DNA of 61,635 nt, filler included, from Dirinaria sp. TL-2023a (lineage: Eukaryota): the NCBI GenBank assembly GCA_051941275.1. It is 19 parts of 19 records of this genome, joined end to end, with 100 filler letters (N's around TTAATTAATTAA, not from the genome) between each part and the next. Parts side by side here need not be neighbours in the genome. Positions count along the whole stretch, not along the records: positions 9,863 to 13,035 come from JAVEBF010002101.1; positions 13,136 to 16,304 come from JAVEBF010002102.1; positions 16,405 to 19,570 come from JAVEBF010002103.1; positions 19,671 to 22,824 come from JAVEBF010002104.1; positions 22,925 to 26,077 come from JAVEBF010002105.1; 14 more parts are not named here. The stretch is one strand, 5' to 3'. This document shows, piece after piece, positions 11,732 through 24,700 of this stretch (the first letter of the stretch is position 1; the number at the start of each line of letters is the position of its first letter). The position numbers and the translations under genes are program-made. The notes beneath the pieces are model-generated. The model was not told where the DNA came from, did not search any database, and saw only the letters and a program-made list of their open reading frames with translations.

Positions 11732-12632
11732 ATGCCTGAACAACTCAAAGCCTCGGAGGTCGACTCCAAGACCGACCCTACCGTGGCCAAGCAGTGGGAC
11801 ACTGAGACCCCCAAGAAAGACCAAATCCAAGACTTCTACAAGACCGTCGACGGCCTCAAGATTGGTCTGCTGACCACCATTCGCGATGGAGTGGGGCCCG
11901 TTTCGAGGTCAATGGCTGTTGCAAAGCGTGAAGGTATGTCTTTCCCCTGTAGTTGGAGCTCCCGCAGTATATCCCATCCGATGCTCGCCATTTTCAATCA
12001 TCATGGCCTGCTCTAGCAAGCAAGCAAGCCAAGCGATTCAATGGCCCCACGACCACCTTCTCCTTACTCACCTCCCAAAACTCAATTACATCAAACAATC
12101 CCCTCCGAAAGACCCAATCTAACGAAGAATCATCCAGGCCCCGACTTCCTCTTCCTAGCCAACAACCATTCCAAGAAATTCTCCGACCTGGAACAGAACA
12201 AAACGGCACAGGTAACCTTCCAAAATTCGTCCTCGCAGGACTGGGTCAGCGTATCGGGCACGGCGACCGTGGCGAACAACTCCGACCCACGCATCAAGGA
12301 GCTATATTCCAAGTCAACCAGCGCGTGGTTCGGTGACTTGGGCGATGGTAACTCCCCTCTCTTCCCCCGAAATCCAATGCTCCCACTTTCCCCCCGATCA
12401 CAAAAAAAAAAAATACTAACAATCCTTCGTAGGCGTCCACACCGGCACCCCCGAAGACCCACGCATGGCCCTGATCGAGGTGAAAGCGAACTACATCTCC
12501 TACTGGAAGAGCACGGTGTCGAGTGTGGGATTCGCCAAGGAAGTCGCGACGGCGACCATGAGCGGGCGCGTCGCGAACACGGGCACGCTGAGGCAGTTGA
12601 CCGCGGAGGATATCCGCTCCATGAGGGAGTAA
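11732..12632 (+). CDS. bli-3: BLI-3 blue-light-inducible protein (pyridoxamine 5'-phosphate oxidase-like, FMN-binding split barrel)
   Basis: Three exons (introns about 11934-12137 and 12348-12432): SKTDPTVAKQWD..VSRSMAVAKRE/GPDFLFLAN..DWVSVSGTA..AWFGDLGD/GVHTGTPEDPRMALIEV; stop TAA 12630-12632. Confidence 0.85.
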
Positions 12633-14562
12633 TTCCGCTTGAATGGGGCAACTGTCCTGTGTGAGGTGATGAACATGAAAAATCGCATGGTACTGGCAAC
12701 ATGGCATGGCATGGCTTGGCATAAGCGCTGAAAAGGGGGCAAATGGTATGTAGAACAAGGTAGCATATAGTGGCAGCTTTTAAAGAAGTAGGAATTGCAT
12801 TGCACTGCATGGCATGACAATGGCTTAATTTGCAACTTCACATACCACGAAAGAACCCTCCCTTCTCTTCATTTTCCCGAATGCCAAACAAAAATAAGTA
12901 TATTTCCACCCATCCCCTTTCCCTCCTCCCTGGGGCCTCACGTTCTTCAGGTAAAACCTAAATCGCCTCCTTACTTTTCTCATTCTCAATCCTAGTAGTC
13001 CCAAAACTCATTGAAACTGAAAGCCACCCCCCCCCNNNNNNNNNNNNNNNNNNNNNNNNNNNNNNNNNNNNNNNNNNNNTTAATTAATTAANNNNNNNNN
13101 NNNNNNNNNNNNNNNNNNNNNNNNNNNNNNNNNNNCTGACTTCTGGGGGTGGGGTTTTGGGTTGGATGATATTGATTGGGGGATTAGTAGTTTCGAGGTG
13201 AGTAAAGGTCAGCGCAAAGTCACCCCCGTATGTACATAGGTAGGTTCCATGGGTAAGGGGACATCCCATGCTGCAGAGATATCTTTATTGGGAGGTAAGG
13301 TAGGGAGGGGCGAGAGGGGGAGGCGAGAATTCCTGAAACAGGATGTGGCGTCACGACTGGGACTGGGACTGGGGCAGTAGTGGCGTTGTGAGAGAGATCT
13401 GAACTTCAGGGTGTTTTTTTCTTTTTTCCCTTCTGGAAGTTTGGGGCATGTTTTAAAAAATATATGTTCGAAGTGATAGGTTGATAAATTGTGGTGGGGG
13501 GTTGCCGTTGGCCTGGAATCTTTGTTGATGGGGTTTTTAAAATACGTGGTGATTTGGAGATTGGACGGGTGATTGGGGAGAAGTGGGTAAGGTGTGAGAG
13601 AGAGAGAGGCTGGACGTTTTTGTATGTAGAAGCATTACACATTTGACGATCATAGGAGTAAAAAAGGTAATGGACACAATAATGGTACCTTATGGCTTTT
13701 TTTCAGCTATGTATGTACTGTACACGGATGGCGTGAAGCTTTCGGAAGAGAAATTTTATACACATGATATGCAGTATGCACGGCCGTTGAAATCACGCTA
13801 CTTACTACGAGATATGGTGGGATGAAAGGTTTATTTATGCAGGAGAGAGCTTTGAGAAAGAGCACAGATTATTATTAGCAATCGGAAATATCGGCTTTCT
13901 CTCCTTTTCTCCTCTCTCTTGTCGTTCTCGGGTTTTGGGTGATAGAAGGAGGGGATATAATTTTGATATGTTTTGGGTTGGGGGTTTTGTGTATATCGTG
14001 TAGGATCGTGCGAGGATGTTATGTAGGGTGGGTTTTATATGTAGTGTAAGTATTTCAGGTTTGAAGAGATTGTGCGAAGGAGATGTATTGGGATCTGGAA
14101 TCTGGATCTGTCTATCTGGTGTGGATAATTGGGAAAAAGGAAAAAAACTTGGAAAATTATGTGAAAAGTTTGGAATGAAATAGGCATACATAGAGTGGAA
14201 TTGGGATCTGGTAGGAGCACTCGTATTTTTTAATGGTTTCTTTGTTAAAATTTTGGAATGGATGGGGATACTACTACTGTGCTGTGGTGAGTCTGCTTGA
14301 CTGAACTAAGGTACGAAATGGAACATCGTGAGTTGTGGTAATCTTACAACTACAAGAAATGCCACTTTGTGTTAAAGTAAGGTATGATGAGGGTAACCCT
14401 CTAGAAGATTGGAAAGTTCAAACCCTGCTCGAACCCTCTTGCGCAATCAGCCCTAATCAAGCGAGTCTCGGCGCTCTTAGCACCTATGACGCAATCAATC
14501 TTGGAGAAGAATGAGTCCGTCAGAAACAATTTTCTACTTGAATCACCTTTACAGCTGCAACC

Positions 14563-15973
14563 ATGGCACCAATTGAACCCTACACTGTCTCAGTTCCTGA
14601 TAGCAAGCTCGCCACCCTCGCGCAAAAGCTATCCACAGTCACTTTCCCGGACGAGCTCGACGACGCCGGCTGGGACTATGGAGCGCCTTTGGCGGACATC
14701 AAGCGGCTGACCGAGTACTGGCGAGACAGCTATGACTGGCGAGCGCAAGAAGCAGCGATCAACAAGATCCCGCAATACCACACAGATGTCCATGTCGACG
14801 GCTTCGGGACACTGGACATCCATTTTGCGTATCGGAAGAGTGAGGTCGAGGGCGCTATACCACTGCTATTCGTCCACGGCTGTAGGTGTTCTGCCGTCGA
14901 TCTACCTAGTCTCGCATGAATATCAATGAGCGGCATTCAACAGATCAGTTTCTGGCAGTGACTGATGAGAGCAAGGGCCCGGCAGCTTCCTCGAGGTGTC
15001 CAAGATCCTGAAGCCGCTGACTGAAGGTGGCACCGACTTCCCCGCCTTCCATGTCATTGCCCCCTCGTTGCCAAACTTTGGATTTTCGGCCGCCGTGCGT
15101 AAGAAAGGGTTCGGGCTCGCGCAGTATGCAGAGACGTGCCATAAACTGATGGCGAAACTGGGATACGAGAAATACGGTCAGTGCCGCGCCATCCTTCTCT
15201 TATAACCACGATGAAAATACTGAAAAACCCACCCCCCAACAGTCACCCAAGGCGGCGACTGGGGCTGCATGATAACGCGCATCATGGGCCTGCTCTACCC
15301 ATCGCACGTAATGGCCACACACATCAACATGATCCGGGGCTCCGCCCCAACCTGGACCTCCAACCCCCTCCTCTCCCTCCAGCACCTCCTCACACCCTAC
15401 AACCCCCGCGAAAAAGCCGGGTTCGCACGCACAACCTGGTTCCAGAACGAAGGCTCCGGTTACCGGCACGAGCAATCCACCAAACCACAAACCCTAGGCT
15501 ACAGCCTAACCGACTCGCCCCCCGGCCTCCTAGCCTGGATCTACGAAAAACTCCACGACTGGACCGACGCCTACCCTTGGTCCCCGGACGAGATCCTGAC
15601 CTGGGTCTCGCTGTACTATTTCTCGACCGCGGGGCCCGCGGCCTCGGTGCGCATCTACTACGAGTCCACTCATGCCAGCAATGGCATCGGCCGCGAGCGC
15701 ACCCAGCGCTATATCCCGCGTGTGAAATTGGGCCTGGCGCATTTCCCGCAGGAGCTCAGTGTCGTCCCCAAAACGTACGGGCGCACCATGGGCCCCGTGG
15801 TGTGGGAGAGCGAGTACGACCGCGGCGGGCATTTCGCGGCTTGGGAGCGGCCTGAGGCCCTTGTGGGCGATCTGAGAGGTATGTTTGGGAAGGGAGGGGG
15901 CGCGTTTGCATGTGTGGAAGGTAGGGCTGGGTATGTGCGGACGGACAGTACTACGACGAAGGCGAAATTGTGA
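14563..15973 (+). CDS. Epoxide hydrolase (microsomal type, EHN + alpha/beta hydrolase)
   Basis: Introns 14882-14975 and 15177-15242. Spliced motifs [22 protein letters not shown] (nucleophile Asp), [15 protein letters not shown] and GGHFAAWE. Confidence 0.95.
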
Positions 15974-16404
15974 TGTGCGAAGGAATCATTCTAAAATTTA
16001 CATGAGAAGGACTTGGAGTTAAAACGGTATGAAGTCGGATGAAGAAACGAGCAATGACTTTTTTTCAAACGACGAAATAAGAAAAAACGAATGATATCTG
16101 TTCTGTTTTTTTTTTTTTTCCTATTTTCTTCTCTCTCTTTGGATGATCACCTTTTCTTTGAAAACATTGACATCGCAGAACTTTTGACACACCCGGAACC
16201 TAACTCACCCTCCTGACCTTTTTTCATGATCCACTTTTTTCCATATTGCCTGCGCTCAGCAACCAACCAAGCACAGAACGGCGACGACGCCCACATCTGG
16301 CTTGNNNNNNNNNNNNNNNNNNNNNNNNNNNNNNNNNNNNNNNNNNNNTTAATTAATTAANNNNNNNNNNNNNNNNNNNNNNNNNNNNNNNNNNNNNNNN
16401 NNNN

Positions 16405-16438
<34 letters not shown>

Positions 16439-16707
16439 CGATTTCACGCTGATTTATACATATATCGATCCTTTGTCATTGGACTTTCTTTTCGATCGAG
16501 GACACAGTCATGCAAAGGTCAAAGAACCGCATCGTGAATGGCTTCCGCCGTCCCTCATCCTGTAAACTTCAGAAGCAATGGCGGCAAGTATCTCATAGGT
16601 GATCCTACCTTTCAGCTATGAACCGACACCAGCACCAGTCGAAGCATGCAAAGCAGCCTCTAAAAAGCCGCTGGGTCAGCCTCGCCTCGCTTAATCTCAA
16701 CACGGAG

Positions 16708-17373
16708 TCAGAGACACATACCAATCATGACCAACACCAACGCCCGCGACCCCTCCTCGCCATTCACATCGCCCAGATATGCCACCGCGCCCTCGCCACA
16801 CTTCTCCAGAACAGCGGGAGACTGGGCCAGGTCGACCTCCTCGGCCGGGAAAACCGCGGACTGAGTACGGGAAGCGGTAGTGGGACCATAGATCGTCGAC
16901 GCACTCTGCGCATTCTGCACGTGCAAGGCTTTCATCGAATACTCCGGCTGCAGCTTGCCGAACCGCTCGGCACCGAAACGGTCCCTGAAAGCCTGGTTCA
17001 GGACGAAATCGGTGCGGTGGTAGTCCCCGGTTGTCCAGGGAAGATTGAAGGCGGCCATGAAGGCATCGAGGTCAGGCGGGCGGCAGAAATTGCTGAAATT
17101 GAGGCAGCAGATCAGAGTACCGCCGGTTTGCACATAGGAGGTCAGCTCCGTCTGCAGGGCTTTGTGACGCTTCGCGGTGATCGAGCCGTGCGTGGCTATG
17201 ATTACGGTGGGCTGGGATTGTTCGAGGGATAGAGTCTTGCTGCTTGTGAAGTCGATCTCTTGGGTGCGGAATCGGGTTCGTAGAGTTGTTAGGAAGTCGG
17301 AGTAGATCGCCTCCAGCAGCCCGTCGGGAGATCCTTGGGTAAGTTACAGTATCTGGGGGTTAGAGGATGACAT
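16708..17373 (-). pseudogene. Conserved fungal hypothetical protein; frame from ATG 17373 has a TAA at codon 10
   Basis: MSSSNPQIL*LTQG..YVQTGGTLICCLNFSNF..FNLPWTTGDYHRT..YSMKALHV..GEGAVAYLGDVNGEEGS. The frame is otherwise open for about 220 codons. Confidence 0.6.
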
Positions 17374-17753
17374 TTTGATGGCTGATCTGGTCCAGCTGGA
17401 TGCTCTGTTTTTGTGTGGAGGTGGGTATTACTAGATAAGAGGTGGATGGAAGAGAAAAGAGAAAAGAATATTTGTGGGTTTGTTTGCTCGGTTACCCCGC
17501 AAAAAGGGGGCTTGGCAGTGCAAGCGGCTTTTCCCGGTGCTAGCGAATACACCAGCATAAGGGGTGAACTGCGTCAGGCCGTCACCACCATTGGTGCGAT
17601 CGAGATTTTCCCAATTTGGTAAAATGCTTCCTGGGCCTGATTTAGTACACTTCCACGTATCTTGCTGCCCAGCCCTGGACCTCCACGATCTTGCTATTGT
17701 CTATTTTCTCTTTTCCCTTGTTTTTCTCCTTTAGATCGCGTATGGTTCGGACG

Positions 17754-18446
17754 TTAGTTGCGCAGTTCTTCAAGTCTTTCATTCTCATTCTCCACCTCCT
17801 CCTTCATCAAATCAAAAGTCTGCCCATCCCGCCAGAAACCCTTGTCGTACCTATAAAGGGTCAATCCCGTCACGACGCCTGTACTCCCCTTGAAACTCGT
17901 CTCAACCGCGTCTCGCGTCTTCCGGGCAAAGGGCATCTTGACGAAGTTCTGAATCGTGTAATGCGCTTTATTGAACTTCTGATCCTGTTTACTCAAGAAT
18001 GACTGCCATCGCTCCTGGAGCCGCGCGTGGATCACAGAAGCGGAGGGCGCATGTACTTTGATGATCACGCCACGGTTTATGACATGGGCGCCTGCGGTTC
18101 TGATCAGGAAAGGACTGTGTGCTTCGGCGACTTCCCTGATGTCTTGGCGAATCGTGTCGAGTTGGGATCCCGGTAGAGCGCGGAAGAGGGCAACGTGCGC
18201 GTCTACGTGGTTGACCTTGGTTGGAAAATGTTCCTCTCGGAGCCGCGTCATGCATTCTTGATGTGCGGGGTCGGTGCAGAGTGCTAGCACGTAAACATCC
18301 GATTCCAGGACGGCGGTGTTGGGCGTGTGGTCTGCGTGGCGAGTGTAAGGCTGACTTTCTTGGGTCTTTGGAGAAGGGATGAGATTCATAGATGATGAGG
18401 AGGTGAGAGGAGATAGGAAAGGCTTTCTGAGGCGTAGGATTGACAT
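17754..18446 (-). CDS. 2H phosphoesterase / 2'-5' RNA ligase family protein
   Basis: LREEHFP..DAHVALFRALP and KAHYTIQN motifs, followed by GLTLYRYDKGFW. Confidence 0.8.
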   Translation of the reverse strand: MSILRLRKPFLSPLTSSSSMNLIPSPKTQESQPYTRHADHTPNTAVLESDVYVLALCTDPAHQECMTRLREEHFPTKVNHVDAHVALFRALPGSQLDTIRQDIREVAEAHSPFLIRTAGAHVINRGVIIKVHAPSASVIHARLQERWQSFLSKQDQKFNKAHYTIQNFVKMPFARKTRDAVETSFKGSTGVVTGLTLYRYDKGFWRDGQTFDLMKEEVENENERLEELRN

Positions 18447-19684
18447 GCTCTAGATAATCCTCATGATACAAATTGTCTGAGAGACGCGTATGATCAGCAT
18501 GACCAACGGCCAAAATCTTGATGATGTCATCGGTCTCGTTCTTGGCGCTTCAGTCGTTCCCCCCCTGAATTTATTCCTTTATTTTAGAGGAGCATATTTA
18601 CTGCGAGGCAAGTTGGAAGGGTTGCATGTTAGGTGTTCCATCCATGCATATGTTGTCGCTTCAGTCATTTGCCTCGCACACTATTTTATCCATTCTTTAT
18701 CCATAGATAGCAACCACTCTCTTAATTAACAATTCACGCAAAATCAATTTCCAATAAAATGTGAACCGAGCGAAAGGGTCGTCAGTTATTCGCCGGGCAG
18801 AAAAGAAGTTGACAGCAGATCAGCGCAAATTTTATACAAATGATCTCCTTGATAATACCCGAGAAAACGACCTCCACAGCCCCCCAAATGCCGATCACGT
18901 TCAGAATATCGCATATATGTATAAAATTCAACGATTACAGTCCAAAATCCTTTTTCCAGTAACGCCGAAGCCAAATGTAGATATATATCGTGAAAATAAT
19001 CAAGAAACCTAACAAAGCATCAGAGCGAGATGCGCATAGAAGCGCCAGTCGGGTTCAGGTGCCACAGACACCAGCAAGTACGTGCTTGCGTATCCACCTA
19101 TTCTTCGCCTGCTTCATACTACCCCGAGTAGGCCCAGAGTCAAGGCAGCTTTGCGCGATGAAGCCGTGCGCATCTGCTAGAACTACTCTGGGCTCACCTC
19201 CAATATTTCGAAAGTAGAATGCGCAACTTTTCATATATCATGAACGTTAGGACTGGAATGCTTAGTCTGAGGCCAGTGGCTTTTAGTGGATGGTTGTGTA
19301 ACAATGTGTTGATCAACGGCTGCATAATAGTATGTGCGATTGGAGGGTGGGTTTCAGGGGTTCTGTGTCGCTATCACATGCGAAAGGAAGACGCGGTCCA
19401 TGTTGCTAGATTTAGTTGCGATCCGCGAAATTTCCGATCATACTGCCTCCGCACCGTCCGCTAGGGATGATGAGGGGTCAGAATCGTGTTTCATTGCAAC
19501 TTCGCGCGTCGAAAAGATCGTGCATGCGTAGTGTCCTAGTCGGCGACTGTGCAGCATTAAGTTGTCATCGNNNNNNNNNNNNNNNNNNNNNNNNNNNNNN
19601 NNNNNNNNNNNNNNTTAATTAATTAANNNNNNNNNNNNNNNNNNNNNNNNNNNNNNNNNNNNNNNNNNNNGGTTACCACGTAGC

Positions 19685-19798
19685 AAGGTGGTGGTGTAGC
19701 GGTAAAGTGTCCGCGAACAACTTTGGCTTTCCATCGTCTCACACCCACCCTATACGGATGCACCATTTTTTTCCGGGTTCGAATCCTGATGGGAGCCA
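19685..19798 (+). ncRNA. tRNA-like relic (Pol III A and B boxes); not a clean cloverleaf
   Basis: A-box-like TGGTGTAGCGG (19692-19702), perfect B box GGTTCGAATCC (19776-19786) and 3' TGGGAGCCA. The acceptor stem does not pair with the bases before the A box, and a T7 run lies before the B box. Confidence 0.35.
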
Positions 19799-20834
19799 AA
19801 AAAATTTTCTATTTCTTTTTTTCTCTTCTCTTTTTTTCTTTCTAAAGTTGTTAGCATACTACTACCTTTACTATAACATCTACTTCGATATCCTCCATAG
19901 CCGATTTCGCTACAAGAAACCCCAGCTTGTACAGTATGATGAGAATACTCTACATTACTCGTCATGATAAGTCAAAGTGATAGATAGACCTTTTTGACTC
20001 GAGTTCCCAAAACCTGGTATAAGCCAGGAATATCGGTAAATTGAATTCTCCAGACTGATCGCCTCCATAGGAAATAAGGTATGAAAACACATTTCTTTCT
20101 TCTGATACTATACCTTAAGTCCGCTTTTTCCCATTCCACTCTTCATCTTGTTTTGCGCCTCATAATCCCAAACCCAGGGGCAATCGCCACCCGATCGCAT
20201 GACGTTTTTTGCGCGGTCAGATGGATGTTCAACAAAAATCTCGTTCGTTCAGCACAGCCCCAGATCTTAAAAGCCCCTCTACGGTGATACTGGAGAAAGC
20301 CGGAACGAAAATCTGTCTCCCGGTGGGTGTTGTGCTCACGTGCAGGCTTTTGGTCCCAACCCATCAGCCACATGCTCGAAAATTTCCCCCTTTTCTTCTC
20401 CAAAGAAGGTTCAAACCATCAAAAGGGAGTACCGTTCGGCCAGCGAGCGTGCTCACCGAGAGATATTGAGCTCGTCAACCCGACTTTGACTTCTGGTTGA
20501 TATACGCCACATGCTCAAAAGTTACCCCTTTTGTCCTCAAAAAATGCCTCAAAGTTCCCCAAAAAAAAGTATCATCCTCTCAACGGATGCATTTTTTTTA
20601 CTTTGAAGATTTTTCATGAGTCATAAGACTCCCTTCCATACTATATAAACACTCCTATCCTCCCAGCTCTTAATTCCGTCCTCAGAATCCTTCCAGTCTG
20701 AATTGCTGTCCAATTTGTATCCCACCCTTAAACATACATAAACCCACATATCTACCACCCATCCACACATATATAAACCCACTCTTATTCCCATCTCGTA
20801 AACATACATCCATCCATCCATCAATTCATCCATA

Positions 20835-21209
20835 ATGGCACCCACCTCACGCCACACGAAATCCGCCTCCATGGCACCAGCCAAAAACCCAGATGCGTTG
20901 CCAAAGCGTCAAGCCAACACAAAATACCCAAAAGAATGGTATCCTGAATTCTGGGCCGACGACGACCCTCCCATTGCCAATGCTGCCTTTGGTACCCATA
21001 GCTTTTTATATCGAGTAGCAATAGACACTACCACGTCCAAGGCACCGATTGATCTGAGGCATCCGAAGGAGAAGCCTCATCGGTGCTGGCAGTGCAGGCG
21101 GCGGAAGAAGAAGAATGTGTTCAAGAGGATGATTGACCATTTCTTGATGAAGTATCCGAAAAGCCCGGCGGGGCAGGGGGTTTGGTTGAGTGATGCGAGG
21201 AGGAGATAG
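20835..21209 (+). CDS. Possible small basic hypothetical protein (124 aa)
   Basis: ATG in a good context (CATAATGG); HPKEKPHRCWQC resembles half of a zinc finger. No family recognised. Confidence 0.3.
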   Translation: MAPTSRHTKSASMAPAKNPDALPKRQANTKYPKEWYPEFWADDDPPIANAAFGTHSFLYRVAIDTTTSKAPIDLRHPKEKPHRCWQCRRRKKKNVFKRMIDHFLMKYPKSPAGQGVWLSDARRR

Positions 21210-21679
21210 ATAAAGAATTGTGACCGAAAAGGTTTTGGGCTTTTTGCCGTCGATCGGATATATGCCGCCCGGCTTCAGATGTTCTGCTCACCGTCATCAT
21301 CGTCATCGCCGCACCCAAAAAACCACACTACAATCACATCATCTGGTCCTCGAAGAAGAGGAAGACCTCCCACCACGCTCCATCAATGACATCCACCTCT
21401 CCGCCTCATCAAAACCATCACTCCCTCAAAGCCAATAAAAAAAGTACCGAGCATATCCCACCCTGGAACAAAGAAGACGATGCATCAGCTCAAGCAGCGA
21501 GCAAACAATCCACGAGCAGCAGGAATACTGAAAATCCTCAGAGATGCAAAGACAACACCATCCTCCACCACCCCATCCTCTTCATCTCAAACCCCGATTC
21601 GATTGGAGCTAAAGAAAGCTCGAGCAGAAGAATAAAAGCACCAGTCACACCACAACCAAGGTCTCAAGTGCATATTATC

Positions 21680-21712
21680 TATATATATATATATATATAT
21701 ATAGATATATAT
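21680..21712. repeat. (TA)n microsatellite
   Basis: Read directly; interrupted once by G. Confidence 0.9.
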
Positions 21713-24700
21713 ACAGCCACACTCACGATCCCGAGCCAATTCCAGAGCGCACTACAAACTCCAGTGCGAGGAATATACAAAAACCTTCATTATCTAGCAA
21801 CTCTTGAAGCCGAAGTATCGATCCGACAAGCGATGAATGTGCGCGAACATTATCTGGGATGAAATTTGTGATAGGTCTCGAAAGGGCTCGTTGGAGTCTT
21901 GGGGAATAAGGTCGTTTGTCTCGGAGCATTGATGATGAGGTTTGTTGGTTTTTTTTTGGGATTGTTGGGTTTTTTTCATTGAAGATATTTCTGTTGGACG
22001 AGAAGTGCGCTGAGCCGAGGGAGGTAGTCTAGCCTTTTTATTTTTTTAGCATCGCCAACAATCAAGCATTATTGAAATTCTAAGCAGTTCGAATCTTATT
22101 ATTTTCACTTGTCAAGAATTTTGGAATCAAAATTGCATTCAAAATTCTTGCACATTGGAATTATGCCTGATCCCCTGATCCCCATGTTTTTCCAAAGGTC
22201 GCAAAAGCAGCAATCGTACAACGATTCGAGATCCTTCGCAGATCAAAATACCTACATAATGTTCACTCCTAAAAGCCAGTACAGAGTGTCACAAGCAACA
22301 CGCGCGATTCAGCAATCAGCCACAGACACCCCAGAGTAAAAGGCAGCCTGCGGCAGTGATTTCCAAGGTGTGAGAACATTATGACTTGCCTATACCAAGC
22401 GAATATTTGTGATTGCATTTACTTATATACCGATTTTTCGATACCAAAAGAATAGTTAATAGTGCTAGACCCTGTCGGGCTCGCACCATCTTCGTGAGAT
22501 TGCCATAATTAAAGGAGAAAAGGAAAAGAAGGATAAAAGGAGAAGTGGGGTTAAGTACACAATTTGTATGCATGTGGCACCAGTGCGGCTTTGTTTTCCT
22601 TTAGATGGAATGTTCGTCTCTTGGATCTTTCCGCCCATCATGTAGGAGGCCGCACAGGCCGTCTGCGCTTTTGAGAGACTCGACCAAGGACAGAGACTCG
22701 CAAGGCCAAAGCAGCTAAGTCGAATGAGCAACACCCTCAGCTATACAAGATCGTGATGCCGAGACAGAAATTCTGGCGCAGAGGCCAGGAAACGTCATGT
22801 ACTGTGTTATTTGAGCGCACATGCNNNNNNNNNNNNNNNNNNNNNNNNNNNNNNNNNNNNNNNNNNNNTTAATTAATTAANNNNNNNNNNNNNNNNNNNN
22901 NNNNNNNNNNNNNNNNNNNNNNNNGGCACCCTGGGCCAGGCTTGCAGTACTCTGAGGCCACTGGGGCCAGCTCCAGGTCTGGCTGGAACCGAATGCCATA
23001 GCCCGTACGAAACAGGAAGCGGCCAGACATGGAAGCAGAGCCTGGGAGAGATTCAATATTCCGAATCCAGCCTAGGGCCAGTCGTCGATCAATAATTGCC
23101 AGTCAGGGGCAATTTGACGGCTAGCGGTAAGGGAGCGGTAAGGTAAAATACGATACCTTACGCCCGGTGACGTGGAAAAGCATCGAGTGTATTCTTCCCG
23201 CATTTCCCGACTCTCTGTTCAAAAACGACTTCGATGCCATCTGACCGGGCACACCACAACCCCCCGGCTCTCCTTGTTCCCAGATGACTCTTCAGTCCGT
23301 ACTATGATTTTTTACCATCGCCTATTATTCATTTTTAGAGTATCTTCCCAATTCTTGGTGGCTATATTTAAACATTCACCTATGCACCCGACCTTTTACC
23401 CATCATCGACGAGCATCTCCAGGCTAAAGAGGCTACCTTACAGACCCACCCCCCGCCATCTCACCTTCGTAATCCGGCACCTTCACGTGAACATGACTTC
23501 CATTTTCAAAATTGCTCTAGAAACTCGCACATCCCTATCTTGCCTAGTCAATCGACGGGGCCACACGACACACACCGACTATGCCTCCACGGGCACCTGA
23601 CACTTGTTGTGTATCAGCTTGACGAGGCCAACAACCCATCCGTGAAATCTCCAGCTGCGAGATAGAGCATCCTGAAAGTGATAATCCCTTCCACCTCCCC
23701 ACGGGATCGCTCCTATCACTGTGATAGCCCGTCCACACAACTGCGCTGGGCTGGACAAATAAAATGCTGACAGGAAGCTGACAAGCAGCGGCGGCTCGGC
23801 TGTCCTACACACCATCCACGCAGTTTGCCCCCAATAATCTTCTCGCGAGCTGGTGGTGATCTGTCATTTAGTCTGCGTTCTATCTCAAGCACACTAGCCG
23901 CGCGAACAAGAGATCTGAAATCTGTTCAACGACAATTGGACCCACCATTCACCAAGGTGAACAAGGCTGCCGAACACTGACTCGCAACCAAAAATCGCCG
24001 CCGACGGAGAGTGCCAATCGCTTGCGCTAACCATTGTTTTTTCCACTCTAGCGCTGCCGGGCATGCAGATAGATAATACTACCTTACATGATCCAGTAAG
24101 CCTTGTTGTTCAGCAGTAGGATCATCGTGGTACTTCGCTGCATTGTCACCAGAGTGCATCGGCGTCTGCAGCATGAACAATCTGAAAAGGTATCCTCGAT
24201 CTTGTGCTGCGGGCGTAGGGATGATCCCCTAACCATCATACGAGATTCATGCTTCACCGACATGGCCCGGGTCGCGACGGGCTGACCAAAATCTACAAAG
24301 GATCCAGATGAGTGGTTTCCCTCCCTTGCATATCGCGCCACATTTTCTCGCTACCGACAAAGAGGGTGTCCCATGGCGCACGGGAAACGGTGGTGCTGGC
24401 TGCAGAATGGCGCAAGACCTCGTGTTCAACTAGCTCGACTAGTTCGACGGGGTGGTATTCGCTTATATCGACATGCTTTAGACCAGAGCAACTAGAAAGT
24501 CGTTCCGCTACGCCCCGTGAGCACGATCCACGAGAAATATCCGCACTCCTGCGCGATGAAGCATATGTACTGCTTCTGTAGAGGGTTCTCGTCTACAGGG
24601 ATGCTCTCTATGGAAGGGACAGGCTCCAGCGAAAGTGGTGTTCTAGACGTTAAAAACCCGTCGAATGCAAGTCATCGTTGAGAATTGTGTGGTTCTTCTC

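Noticed and set aside
13136..14300. Strongly G/T-skewed stretch with short ORFs
   Set aside because: Low-complexity intergenic DNA; the ORFs are compositional by-products.
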